From the NCBI GenBank assembly GCA_014730115.1, contig WJIU01000024.1, positions 41,316 through 105,315 of the forward strand: a stretch of DNA of 64,000 nucleotides. Reading direction: 5' to 3'. Under the pieces are notes generated by a model that was not told the DNA's origin, made no database searches, and worked only from the letters and a program-made list of their open reading frames with translations. The translations under genes were made by a program, and so were the position numbers. This DNA is from Candidatus Micrarchaeota archaeon. GTDB taxonomy: Archaea > Micrarchaeota > Micrarchaeia > Anstonellales > Bilamarchaeaceae. Positions 45,605 through 55,064 of the stretch are shown here, piece by piece (the first letter of the stretch is position 1; the number at the start of each line of letters is the position of its first letter).

Positions 45605-47224
45605 ATGACTGAAGAGGCTTTTCAGGCGGCAATCGAAGAAGCAAAAAAGCTGGAAAAAAAGGCAATAGAATACGAGCCATACGAGGGAGAAGTAAGGATA
45701 GAAATAATGGTTGAAGTCGAGCCTGAAGAGTATGTGGACCTTGACTACAAGGACCTTTACAACCTTTACCAGAGAACCCAGAAGATATTAAGTGCTGCCG
45801 GCATGGGCGTACTTGCGGAAAGGCCGCCGGAGGAAGCCGCCCGGGCCACTGCGGAAAGCAGGGAAGTTGAAACCAGGCTAAAGAAGATGACCAGCGAAAG
45901 GCTGAAGGAAGCAGAAGAGATTGCCAGGGAGCCGGTGGTTGCCGAAGAAGAAGCTCCTGTGCCCCCGGTTACCCAGGAAATAGAAATTGAAAAGGAAGAG
46001 CCGCAGGAAATAGAGTTTGAGGGACCCCCTGAAAAGCCTCCGGAGAAGGAAGTGGAAATCCCGTTCAAGGCACCCTCGCCGGAAGAAGTGCCCGCGCCTG
46101 AGCCGGCTACTCCCGAAGAAGCCCCGGAAGTGCCTTCCCCCGAGGAGAAGGCTCCGGAAATTCCCGAGGCAGAAAAGCCTGCCAAGGCTCCGGCCCCGAC
46201 ACTGCCTGAGCCCGAAGAGCCCCCCGCACCGGAGGTTGAACCTTCCTTGGAAAGGGCGCCGCCCCAGCCAAAGGCAGTGCCTCCCACTCTGAGGGAAACC
46301 CCAGGCGAGGCGGCTGCGAGAAGGTATGAGCAGATTGAGCAGCAGATAAGGGACATGATGGGCGAAGAGGCCGACGAGCGCGCCCTCAAAAAGAAAATGC
46401 TTGAGCTTACCAAGCAGCTTTTCAAGGAAAAGATTACCAGCAAGAGAGAAGAAATAAAGATGCAGATAAAGGTCCTGAAAAACATGCTTGCAGTTTCAGG
46501 TGAGGGCAGAGCCAAAAAGAAGAGGGCCCCTGCCCAGACCAGGCTGGAAACCATCCTCGCATCCCAGCAGGAAGAGCTTGCCCACACCAAGGGAAGGCTT
46601 ATCGATGCCTACAACAAGCAGATAATGCAGATCAAGGAGAAATTCTACGATGACATGTCATCCATAGAGAACCCGCAAAAAAGAAAGAAGACCTATGAGA
46701 CATTCGTGTCATCAGTTACCATGCTTGTCCAGAACCTGCCGGATGCAGTGAAAAAGGAAAAGGAATACCTTTCCCAGAAACATGCCGCGGAGCTGAAAAG
46801 GGCAGAGGAATCCCTGGGGGCAAAAGACAAGGCACTGAAAAAGAGGATAAAGGAAAGGAAAGATTACATCCAGGAGAACTATGATGAGGAGTTCTCCATG
46901 GTAAAGCATATCGTCGGAAAGGAGATAGAGAACCTGATAGAAGTGGCCGGGTCGGAGACATTCCGGAAGCCTGAGGAAAAGGAGAAAAAGAAAAAAAGAA
47001 TGGCCGAGCCCACCGAAATTGTCAAGGAAATCAACGAGACCGACGAAGGCACCCTGCTCTATTTCCTGCACTCCAAAAATCCCGACTATTACAAGAAATT
47101 CGAAAGGAAAAAAATATCCAGGGCAGAGGCGGTGTTCAAGGCCAAGGAGCTGCTTGCAAAAAAGAAAGGATTAAGTGATAGCATGATAAGGAAGTATTTC
47201 AGCGGTAAGGAGGAGAGAGGATGA
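45605..47224 (+). CDS. Acidic Pro/Glu-rich + coiled-coil protein (539 aa), filament-locus component
   Basis: The N-terminal 200 aa are a PE/PA-rich low-complexity region (PEEAPEVPSPEEKAPEIPEAEKPAKAPAP). The C-terminal 300 aa are K/E-rich coiled coil. Its start overlaps the ATPase stop (ATAAATG). Confidence 0.55.
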   Translation: MTEEAFQAAIEEAKKLEKKAIEYEPYEGEVRIEIMVEVEPEEYVDLDYKDLYNLYQRTQKILSAAGMGVLAERPPEEAARATAESREVETRLKKMTSERLKEAEEIAREPVVAEEEAPVPPVTQEIEIEKEEPQEIEFEGPPEKPPEKEVEIPFKAPSPEEVPAPEPATPEEAPEVPSPEEKAPEIPEAEKPAKAPAPTLPEPEEPPAPEVEPSLERAPPQPKAVPPTLRETPGEAAARRYEQIEQQIRDMMGEEADERALKKKMLELTKQLFKEKITSKREEIKMQIKVLKNMLAVSGEGRAKKKRAPAQTRLETILASQQEELAHTKGRLIDAYNKQIMQIKEKFYDDMSSIENPQKRKKTYETFVSSVTMLVQNLPDAVKKEKEYLSQKHAAELKRAEESLGAKDKALKKRIKERKDYIQENYDEEFSMVKHIVGKEIENLIEVAGSETFRKPEEKEKKKKRMAEPTEIVKEINETDEGTLLYFLHSKNPDYYKKFERKKISRAEAVFKAKELLAKKKGLSDSMIRKYFSGKEERG

Positions 47225-48111
47225 ACGACCCCACTGAAAAACCGAAAAGAAGAACCATCCTGACCTCAATTGCAGAGATGGCAGCTTCCCGTTTCCCCGA
47301 CCTCAAGAAAAAGCTCCGCATGGCTGACATGGAGGCCAGGCCCATTGAGTTCCTGGAAAAGGTAATAGCATCATCGGCAGCAATATCCTCGGGCATGGTG
47401 CTGCTGGCCTGGGCGTATCTCTATATCATGGGAAGCCTGGAATTCGCGCTTGAAAATGACCTGCCCATGTTCGCACTTATGGTTCTGGGGCCGCTGGTTG
47501 CAATACCCTTGGTAGTGTTTGCCTATCTTATGCTTTATCCTGATGCAATGAGAATCAGGAGGGAGAAGGAGCTGGACTATGAGATTGTTTTTGCAGGGCG
47601 GCACATCGTCATTGCGCTGGAGTCGGGGATGCCCCTTTTTGATACCTTTGTAGGAGCCTCGGGATACGGCGCGGTGAGCAAGGAGTTTGCGCGCATCGTT
47701 GACAAAGTCGTCCTTGGGGTTCCGATGACCCAGGCAATAAGGGAAGTTGTGCAGTACAATCCCTCCAGGTATTTCACAAGGATGATGATGCAGGTGGCCA
47801 ATGCCCTTTCCAGCGGTGCCGACGTCGGCAATTCCCTGGAAAGCGTACTTGACCAGATATCCAAAGAGCAGATGATTGCGCTAAAGGAATACAGCCAGAA
47901 GCTGACCCCGATTGTCATGTTTTACATGGTTTTCGGAATCATCGTGCCTTCACTGGGAATAGTGCTTGCGACAGTGATTTTTTCGGCAATAAGCGGCGGC
48001 ACCTTCGGCTTTTCTTCGGCCGTGCTGGTGCTGGCATTCTTTGTAATCGGACTGGTGCAGTTCCTGTTCCTGGGATTCATTGAAAGCTCAAGGCCGAAGT
48101 ATCTTATATAG
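47221..48111 (+). CDS. TadB/GspF-like platform membrane protein (first half of a split FlaJ/TadC-type platform)
   Basis: 296 aa with an N-terminal cytoplasmic segment and then 3-4 TM helices. Overlaps the previous stop (ATGA). Confidence 0.6.
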   Translation: MNDPTEKPKRRTILTSIAEMAASRFPDLKKKLRMADMEARPIEFLEKVIASSAAISSGMVLLAWAYLYIMGSLEFALENDLPMFALMVLGPLVAIPLVVFAYLMLYPDAMRIRREKELDYEIVFAGRHIVIALESGMPLFDTFVGASGYGAVSKEFARIVDKVVLGVPMTQAIREVVQYNPSRYFTRMMMQVANALSSGADVGNSLESVLDQISKEQMIALKEYSQKLTPIVMFYMVFGIIVPSLGIVLATVIFSAISGGTFGFSSAVLVLAFFVIGLVQFLFLGFIESSRPKYLI

Positions 48112-49185
48112 GTGGATGAGATGAGGACTGACAATATATTTGAAAGTGCGGGAAGGCTGTTCTTCACCAGGAAGAGGATAAGGCTACTGGAAAAGCAGCT
48201 GAACACCGCCGGAGTCAACATGCCTGCAGACTCCTTTGCAGGCTATGTTGCATTGAACGTGATAGTAATTACGCTCTTCCTCAGCCTTCTGCTCATACTC
48301 TTCCAGCCTCTCAACGAGGCCATCACCGGCCTGGTCAGCGGCTATGTGGAGCTTCCGTTTGCGCTTGTCGCGGTTCTGCTTATCGTAGTGTCCTTTGTGT
48401 TTGTCTACCTGGCAACAATGGCAGCGATTTCCTCATATCTTCTTATGAAGACAGATGACCGGAGAAACAAGCTTGAAACCTCACTGCCTGATTTCCTCAC
48501 CCTGGTGGCCTCCAACATCAAGGCGGGGATGAGCCTGGACCAGGCAATGTGGTATTCTGCCAAGCCCGAGTTCGGGCTTCTCTCCGTGGAAGTAAGGGCA
48601 AACATAAAGAGCTCTTTCAGCGGGGAGAGCCTGGAGGATACCCTGGATACGCTGGCCATGAGGTTTGACTCCAAGGTCTTCAAGAGGACAATCCTGCTGC
48701 TCAAGCAGGCAACCGCCACGGGTGGAGAGCTTACCGACGTGCTGGAAAGGACTGCCACAGACGTCAGAAATACCATAATCATGAAAAAGGAGATTGCAGC
48801 ATCCCTGGTGCTGTACGAAATTTTCGTGCTGTTTGCGGCAATCGTGGGTACTCCGTTCCTTTTTGCAGTTGCCCTCAAGCTTATTGAGGTCTTTGAAAAG
48901 ATAGGGCCCCAGGTGGGGGCAGGGCCAAGCGCCACTGGAGGCGTGTTTACCACCGTGTCCAGCATCCAGCTTTCCGGCCCCATCATAACGTCCGCAGACT
49001 TTTACTGGTTCAGCATTCCGACAATTTTCATTACGGCCCTGATATCATCATTTATAGTCAGCGTTATCAGAACCGGCTCCAAAAGCTCGGGCATGAAGTA
49101 TTTCCCGTTTGTCCTGATGCTGGCCTATCTGGTATACTGGGTCGTGATAAATGCGGTAGAGTCATTTTTCGCTACCATCGCGTAG
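48112..49185 (+). CDS. TadC/FlaJ-like platform membrane protein (second half)
   Basis: 357 aa with a cytoplasmic helical domain between TM segments. It starts immediately after the previous stop. Confidence 0.6.
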   Translation: MDEMRTDNIFESAGRLFFTRKRIRLLEKQLNTAGVNMPADSFAGYVALNVIVITLFLSLLLILFQPLNEAITGLVSGYVELPFALVAVLLIVVSFVFVYLATMAAISSYLLMKTDDRRNKLETSLPDFLTLVASNIKAGMSLDQAMWYSAKPEFGLLSVEVRANIKSSFSGESLEDTLDTLAMRFDSKVFKRTILLLKQATATGGELTDVLERTATDVRNTIIMKKEIAASLVLYEIFVLFAAIVGTPFLFAVALKLIEVFEKIGPQVGAGPSATGGVFTTVSSIQLSGPIITSADFYWFSIPTIFITALISSFIVSVIRTGSKSSGMKYFPFVLMLAYLVYWVVINAVESFFATIA

Positions 49186-49193
49186 GGGATATT

Positions 49194-49778
49194 ATGGAAT
49201 TTATGGAATATATGAAGAAAAAAGGAGGATATAAGAAAGGACAGGCGGTGATGGAATACCTCATCACCTACGGGCTTGCGCTTTTCGTAATTCTGATAGT
49301 GCTTGCAATTCTCGTGGCGGTGGTGCTGCCATCTCTCCGGGCTCCGGAGACCTGCCAGTTCACCCAGCCGGGTTTCACATGCAACCAGGCGCCCCATGCA
49401 ATTGTGGCTGATTCGGCCAATAACCTGCATCTGCTGTTCCAGCTGGACAACGCCCAGGGAAGGGCAGTGGTCATAGAGGGGGTCACCTGCTTTAATGCAG
49501 CGACCGGAAATATCAGGAAATCGGATGTCGAAGCCAACAATGCACTTTCCAGCCCGCAGCTCATGGCTGCAGGCCAGAGCCTGACTTTCGGCAGTCCGGA
49601 ATCCGCAGTGACCGACGAGATATCCTGCGTCAATGAAGACGGAACGCAGACCGTCCTTTCCCCCGGCTCAAACTTCAGGGGAACCCTTGCAGTAACCTAC
49701 ACATTCCAGGGGGACATCCCGGGAGCTCCGGAAAGGCTGGCAGTTGCAACCGTTACCGGTGCAGTGCAGCAGGAGTAA
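49194..49778 (+). CDS. Archaeal type IV prepilin (class III signal peptide)
   Basis: N-terminus MKKKGGYKKGQAVMEYLITYGLALFVILIVLAILVAVV has a KGQ|A cleavage motif, Glu at +5 and a hydrophobic helix. Confidence 0.6.
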   Translation: MEFMEYMKKKGGYKKGQAVMEYLITYGLALFVILIVLAILVAVVLPSLRAPETCQFTQPGFTCNQAPHAIVADSANNLHLLFQLDNAQGRAVVIEGVTCFNAATGNIRKSDVEANNALSSPQLMAAGQSLTFGSPESAVTDEISCVNEDGTQTVLSPGSNFRGTLAVTYTFQGDIPGAPERLAVATVTGAVQQE

Positions 49779-49788
49779 TTCTTTTTTT

Positions 49789-50991
49789 TTAACTCCCGTA
49801 TTTTTCTGCGCGGCCGGTGATGTTCAGGATAAGGGGAAGTACGTCCTTCCCTTTTATGTGCCCCAGTCCGCCCTGGGCGCAGCTCAGCTCATCGAATTTC
49901 TTTATCTTGTCATTTCTTTCTCCTTTGTAGACAAGAATGGGAACCTCGTGCCCGGAGTGGCTTTTCATGCTGACCGGCGTAGAATGGTCTCCGGTAATCA
50001 CTAATGACGCCCCTGACTTCTCCAGGATGGGGATTACTTTGTCTATCTTTTCAAGCATCTTCTTCTTTGCATTGAAGTTCCCGTCATGGGAGGCGCTGTC
50101 GCACCCCTTGATATGCATGAACACGAAATCATAGCCTTCCAGAGCCTTGGCAGCTGCCTCGGCCTTTGCCCTGACATCGGTTTTAAGGCCTCCGGTCGCA
50201 CTGGGCACCAGGGCAACATCCATTTTCAGGTAAGCGGCGACCCCCTTGTACAGGGCCCCGCCCGCAACGCACAGGCCATGCATTTTGAAACGCTCAAAGA
50301 ATGACGGCACTTCTGCATATGCTCCGGCCCCCCTCACCATGAGGGCATTGGCCGGCAGCTTCCTGCCCTTGTTTGCGGGATTGCTGGAAAGCCAGCCCCT
50401 GGCAACTTCAGTGTACCTGTTGATGATATCGGCGGTTCTCTTTGCCTCCCAGCTGTCTTCAAGAGGGACACACTCCTGCAGAACGCCTTCCTGATGGGGG
50501 TCGGTATCGCTTACATTGCTGCTTAGGTTGGGCCCCCTCAGCACAAGCGCGCCCCGGTGCTCCACCGAATTACGGAAAATGATTTCCACGTTGCCAATTT
50601 TCATTGAAAGCCCTTTGGAAAGCTTGGAAGCAGTCTCAGTGTCAATCCTGCCGGCCCTGCGGTCTTCCACCCTGTCGTCCTTCACAGTAGCGAAGTTGGT
50701 CCTGAATGCAACATCCCCTTCCTGGAGTTCAATGCCCAGGCCCAGTGCCTCAAAGGGCCCCCTTCCACAGTAGAAAACAGCGGGGTCGTAGCCCAAAATG
50801 CTCAGATGGCCGGTGTCGCTTCCCGGGACTATATATCTCTTGATGGGGCTGAGCATCCCGTTGATTCCGTTTTTTGCAAGCCGGTCAAGATTAGGGGTTT
50901 TTGCAGCCTGAAGAGGGGTCTTGGGGGTGGGCAAATCGCCAAGTCCGTCAATGATTAGCAGGATTGCCTTTTGCATGCTTGACAGTAACAA
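49789..50991 (-). CDS. apgM: 2,3-bisphosphoglycerate-independent phosphoglycerate mutase, archaeal type
   Basis: LIIDGLGDLP, ITGDHSTP and the metal-binding His/Asp pattern are present. 400 aa. Confidence 0.85.
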   Translation of the reverse strand: MLLSSMQKAILLIIDGLGDLPTPKTPLQAAKTPNLDRLAKNGINGMLSPIKRYIVPGSDTGHLSILGYDPAVFYCGRGPFEALGLGIELQEGDVAFRTNFATVKDDRVEDRRAGRIDTETASKLSKGLSMKIGNVEIIFRNSVEHRGALVLRGPNLSSNVSDTDPHQEGVLQECVPLEDSWEAKRTADIINRYTEVARGWLSSNPANKGRKLPANALMVRGAGAYAEVPSFFERFKMHGLCVAGGALYKGVAAYLKMDVALVPSATGGLKTDVRAKAEAAAKALEGYDFVFMHIKGCDSASHDGNFNAKKKMLEKIDKVIPILEKSGASLVITGDHSTPVSMKSHSGHEVPILVYKGERNDKIKKFDELSCAQGGLGHIKGKDVLPLILNITGRAEKYGS

Positions 50992-51142
50992 ATAACATAT
51001 AAAAGTCTTGGTGTCAGCAGGAACATTTCTTTCCGCGAAGACAACAAATAATGAATTCCTGCATTTTGCCTTTTTACAACAGCCATAAATTTATTAATGA
51101 CAGTTTCCTAATACTGTTCCACTTGTTTTAGGCGGGGTAATT

Positions 51143-53182
51143 ATGGAGGTTGACTTATCTGCGCAGGTAGCTGTATTCACCGACTTTTTCACGGATGTCT
51201 ACAAGTCAAGAATAGATGCACTGCTCCGGGAATACCCCTCCAGGAGAAGCCTTTACATAGACTATGCCGATTTGGAGAGATTTGACCCTGAGCTGGCCGA
51301 CGCACTGGTCAGGAATCCGGATATCATAATCAAGGCAGCAGAGCAGGCAATCAAGGAGCTGAACCTGGCGGTAACCGCAGGGAAAAAGTTCGAGCCCCAT
51401 GTGAGGGTCAGCGGCCTTCCGGTGGATGAGGTACTTATTGAGGCGCTGGGCTCCCGGAACATAGACGAGCTGGTGGGCTTCAAGTGCGTGGTCACCAAAA
51501 GAGCAGAGGTGATGCACCGGGTAAAAATTGCGGCCTACAAATGCCAGCTCTGCGATTCGGAAGTCAGGCTGCTGGTAGGCAAGAACTTTAACCCGCCCAA
51601 GCGGTGCGAGCAGTGCAAAAAAATGTCAATGGTCCAGGTAAACGAGGAAAGCACATTCACCGACATCCAGAAGGTGGAGGTTCAGGAGCTGCTGGAGAGG
51701 GTCAGGGGAGGAGCCCCGGCCGCCCACATCGGGCTGCTGCTTGAGGACGATATAGTCAACACTATCGCGCCGGGAGACAACATTGAAGTCATTGGGGTCC
51801 TGCGCCTGAAGCCGCCGATTAAAAGCAGGCAGAAGCAGGAGCTGATATACAGCAGGTACATAGAGATAAGCAGCATGAGAAGCCTGAAAAGGGACTTTGA
51901 AGAGATTGAAATAACCAAGGAGGACGAAAGAAGAATAAGGGAACTTTCAAAAAAGCCTGATATTACTGATGCTGTTGTAAGGTCCATAGCACCATCCATC
52001 TACGGCCATCTTGAGGTAAAGAAGGCGCTTGCCCTGCAGCTTTTCGGAGGGTGCAGGGGCAAACTGCTGGAGGGGGACCTGCCCATAAGGGATGACATCC
52101 ATGTACTTCTTATCGGTGACCCGGGAATTGCAAAGAGCCGGTTTCTGCAAAGTGTCACCGAAATCGCGCCCAAGAGCATCTATGTGAGCGGTAAAAGCGT
52201 TTCAGGAGCCGGCCTTACCGTTGCTGCCGAAAAGGATGAGCTGGGAGACGGAGGCTGGACACTCAAGGCGGGCGCCCTGGTGCTGGCCAGCGGGGGCTGT
52301 GCACAGGTGGATGAATTCGACAAGATAGCCGAAGAGGACCGGGCCGCGCTGCATGAGGCAATGGAATCTGCCAGCATTTCCGTTGCCAAGGCCGGCATAG
52401 TGGCGAAGTTCAGGACCAAAACAGCAATCCTGGCGGCGGCAAATCCCAAGTACGGAAGGTTTGACCAGACCAAGAACCTGTCCGACCAGTTTGATGTCCC
52501 CCCGACCCTGCTTTCAAGGTTTGACCTGATATTCCCCATTGTGGACATACTTGACGAGGAAAAGGATGCCCAGCTTGCCGAGCACATCCTTTCCGGGCAT
52601 ATGAAGGAGGAGGATGAAGGGAGAAAACCGGTAATGTCCAAGGAAATGCTGATGAAGTACATAGCCTTTGCCCGGAGAAAGGTGTTCCCCAAGCTTACTC
52701 CCACCGCATCCGAAAAAATCAAGGAATTCTATGTGGAACTGCGAAGAAAAAGCAAGGACGCGGGGGCGGTGGCAATCACCCCCAGATACCTGGAAGGGCT
52801 GGTCAGGCTGGCCGAGGCCCATGCCAAGCTAAGGCTGAGCGGCACTGTAACCGAGGAGGATGCAGATGTGGCCATTTCACTTTTCAATTATGTAATGAAA
52901 CAGATAATGACCGACAGGGAAACCGGAACTTTTGACGTTGACATCGTAACAACCGGAAAACCCAAGTCGGAAAGGGAAAAGCTTCAGAAAACTGACACAA
53001 TTCTGGAGATTATACGCGAGCATCTCCGGAGAAGTGACACTGCGGACGTTGAGGAAGTGGTAGAGGACGCCAAGACATATGACATAGAGCAGCACACTGC
53101 GGAGAGAATAATAAAGGAACTGCTCCGCAGGGGCATGATCTATGAAAAAGAATACGGCCAGGTAAGGATAGTTGGTGAATAA
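51143..53182 (+). CDS. mcm: MCM replicative helicase
   Basis: Zn finger CQLCDSE...CEQC, Walker A IGDPGIAKS, Walker B/sensor 1, arginine finger SRFDL. 679 aa, with no intein. Confidence 0.9.
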   Translation: MEVDLSAQVAVFTDFFTDVYKSRIDALLREYPSRRSLYIDYADLERFDPELADALVRNPDIIIKAAEQAIKELNLAVTAGKKFEPHVRVSGLPVDEVLIEALGSRNIDELVGFKCVVTKRAEVMHRVKIAAYKCQLCDSEVRLLVGKNFNPPKRCEQCKKMSMVQVNEESTFTDIQKVEVQELLERVRGGAPAAHIGLLLEDDIVNTIAPGDNIEVIGVLRLKPPIKSRQKQELIYSRYIEISSMRSLKRDFEEIEITKEDERRIRELSKKPDITDAVVRSIAPSIYGHLEVKKALALQLFGGCRGKLLEGDLPIRDDIHVLLIGDPGIAKSRFLQSVTEIAPKSIYVSGKSVSGAGLTVAAEKDELGDGGWTLKAGALVLASGGCAQVDEFDKIAEEDRAALHEAMESASISVAKAGIVAKFRTKTAILAAANPKYGRFDQTKNLSDQFDVPPTLLSRFDLIFPIVDILDEEKDAQLAEHILSGHMKEEDEGRKPVMSKEMLMKYIAFARRKVFPKLTPTASEKIKEFYVELRRKSKDAGAVAITPRYLEGLVRLAEAHAKLRLSGTVTEEDADVAISLFNYVMKQIMTDRETGTFDVDIVTTGKPKSEREKLQKTDTILEIIREHLRRSDTADVEEVVEDAKTYDIEQHTAERIIKELLRRGMIYEKEYGQVRIVGE

Positions 53183-54049
53183 ATGAGGGTTGTATTCGGA
53201 TTACTTGCTCTTTTCATAGCAGCACAGCTCCTTGGCATCTACACCGGCACGGTTGTCATCAATGATTTTACTGAAAACCCCTATGTCCAGGAGTTGGTTG
53301 TCACTACCGACTCCAATGAGCCCATGAATGCCGTCTTTTTCATCCTTTACATACTGGCAGGGGCGGCAATGATGATTATCCTGATACGCCTGTTCGGGGT
53401 TTATCCGATTATATTCAAGCTGCTGGAGTTTGCCTTGATTGCCACTGCAAGCTCAATTGTCTTCTATGCATTCCTCCGGCTGCTGGTGCCTTATGAAGCC
53501 AGCACCATTGCCGCAATAACAATCGGCCTTGTTTTTTCCGGAGTAAAGGTGTTTGTCCCGGGGCTCAAGAATGCTGCCGCGGTCCTGGCCACGGCCGGAG
53601 TGGGGGTTGTCTTCGGGATTTCCCTGGGGCTGATACCGCTTCTCCTGTTCCTGATATTCCTTTCCATCTATGATTATCTCTCGGTGTTTACCACCAAGCA
53701 CATGGTTGAGATGGCGGACTACATTGTCAAGAAGGACCTTGCATTCACCGTTACCGCAATAGAGCTGCCCAAGAAAAAGGGGGAAAAGGAAAAGCGCCTG
53801 GACCTGGGGACCGGGGACATCATAGCACCAATCATGCTGGAGGTTTCCCTGCTTTCCATCAGCCCGGTTGCCACTGCATTTGTTTTTGTCGGGGCTGTGG
53901 CTGCCATATTTGTTTTCCTTCAGCTGGTCTTCAGGAAGGGAAGGGTGCTTCCCGCGCTGCCCCCGATTGTGCTGGGGATGGTTTGCGGGCTTGCCCTGTG
54001 GTTTGTTTTGAACCTGCTCGGCCTTGTCCCGGCCCAATTTTCCCTATAG
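53183..54049 (+). CDS. Presenilin/signal-peptide-peptidase-like GxGD intramembrane aspartyl protease (A22 family)
   Basis: YD motif (SIYDYLSV), GxGD (LGTGDIIAP) and PAL motif (LPALPP), in the canonical order across ~9 TM helices. The start codon directly abuts the MCM stop (TAAATG). Confidence 0.65.
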   Translation: MRVVFGLLALFIAAQLLGIYTGTVVINDFTENPYVQELVVTTDSNEPMNAVFFILYILAGAAMMIILIRLFGVYPIIFKLLEFALIATASSIVFYAFLRLLVPYEASTIAAITIGLVFSGVKVFVPGLKNAAAVLATAGVGVVFGISLGLIPLLLFLIFLSIYDYLSVFTTKHMVEMADYIVKKDLAFTVTAIELPKKKGEKEKRLDLGTGDIIAPIMLEVSLLSISPVATAFVFVGAVAAIFVFLQLVFRKGRVLPALPPIVLGMVCGLALWFVLNLLGLVPAQFSL

Positions 54050-55064
54050 TTTTCCTCAGGTCCAGCACCACCTGCACCAGTTCCGGGGAATACGGCCTGA
54101 CGATTCTGCTGCCCAGGGTCTGTAACCTTACCCCGTGCCTGGATGCTGCCTTCTCTGCCCTGGCCATGGCATCCTCAAAGGGGTGCTCTGAACCGGCAAT
54201 TGTGTAGAAATGGATTACCGCATCTCTTTTTGATGCGGCAAATGCCATATCCAGGAATTCATGCGCTGTCTTGGGCAGGGGCATGACTACCCTGTCCGCA
54301 AACCCCCTGTATTTCTGTGGAATTATGTCCCTCACATCCCCCTCCTCGGCAATGATGTTGCCGGACTTGTTAAGGGCGATGTTTTCCCTGAGGTAGCGGG
54401 CTGCGGCAGGATTGCTTTCTACTGCAACAATGCTGGCGCCTGGCTTTTCCCTTGCAATCAAAAGTGCAAATGGCCCCACACCTGCAAACATAACCAGCAC
54501 ATTTTCCCCCGGCTGGACAAGGCCGGCAATCCTTTTTCTTTCATGGGACAGCCGTACCGAGAAATAGACTTTGGCCGCGTCCAGCCTGATGCGGCAACCA
54601 TGCTCCCGGTGCAGTGTTTCGGTACCGCCTTTTCCTGCAATGCGGGCAAGCCTTCTCACCCGGTATTCGCCCTCCATCGGACCCAGCTTTTTGAAGACAG
54701 CCCTCACATTCTTGTGAACCCTGAGCAGGGCATTTCCTATTTCCGTTTCTTTTGGTTCCAGCTTTCGGGGGATTTCCACTATCGCTATATCGCCCAGGAT
54801 GTCAAATGAAGTGGTGAGCTGCTCCAGTTCGTTTTTATCCAGGGAGCTGCTCAGGGCCCCGGCCAGGCTCCTGAATCCAGGCTCTTTTTTATCTGCCTTT
54901 CTCTCCACCAGCTCATAGCCCCTGAATCCCTTTGTTACCGGAATGAAAACAAATTCGCCTTCTCTGAAAATATCATAATCTGGAGAGATTATTCCTTTTT
55001 CCATAAGCTGCTGCCTGGTCTGCTCGGCCAGCTTCCTGGGGACTTTCAGAAATTTCATGTTCAT
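53931..55064 (-). CDS. trm5: tRNA (guanine37-N1)-methyltransferase Trm5/Taw2-like
   Basis: Class I SAM MTase motif VLVMFAGVGPFALLIA and Met-10+ like core. The Gly/Pro/Ala low-complexity C-terminal tail overlaps the presenilin gene by 119 nt. Confidence 0.7.
   Translation of the reverse strand: MNMKFLKVPRKLAEQTRQQLMEKGIISPDYDIFREGEFVFIPVTKGFRGYELVERKADKKEPGFRSLAGALSSSLDKNELEQLTTSFDILGDIAIVEIPRKLEPKETEIGNALLRVHKNVRAVFKKLGPMEGEYRVRRLARIAGKGGTETLHREHGCRIRLDAAKVYFSVRLSHERKRIAGLVQPGENVLVMFAGVGPFALLIAREKPGASIVAVESNPAAARYLRENIALNKSGNIIAEEGDVRDIIPQKYRGFADRVVMPLPKTAHEFLDMAFAASKRDAVIHFYTIAGSEHPFEDAMARAEKAASRHGVRLQTLGSRIVRPYSPELVQVVLDLRKTIGKIGPGQGRAGSKQTTGQARKPSPAQSGAAREAPFPS

Noticed and set aside
45766-46590. 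274-aa Ser/Gly/Ala-rich minus-strand ORF
   Set aside because: Antisense of the PE-rich N-terminal half of the 45605-47224 gene. It has low-complexity mirror composition and no start context.
51143-53182. Checked MCM for an intein because the same window has one in the hydrogenase small subunit
   Set aside because: The 679-aa length and contiguous Walker A/B and arginine-finger spacing are those of an uninterrupted MCM. No LAGLIDADG or intein blocks are present.
53183-54049. Possibility that the GxGD protein is the prepilin peptidase for the pilin clusters
   Set aside because: The YD + GxGD + PAL motif order and about 9 TM helices fit the presenilin/SPP family, not PibD/FlaK. A prepilin peptidase is presumably encoded elsewhere.
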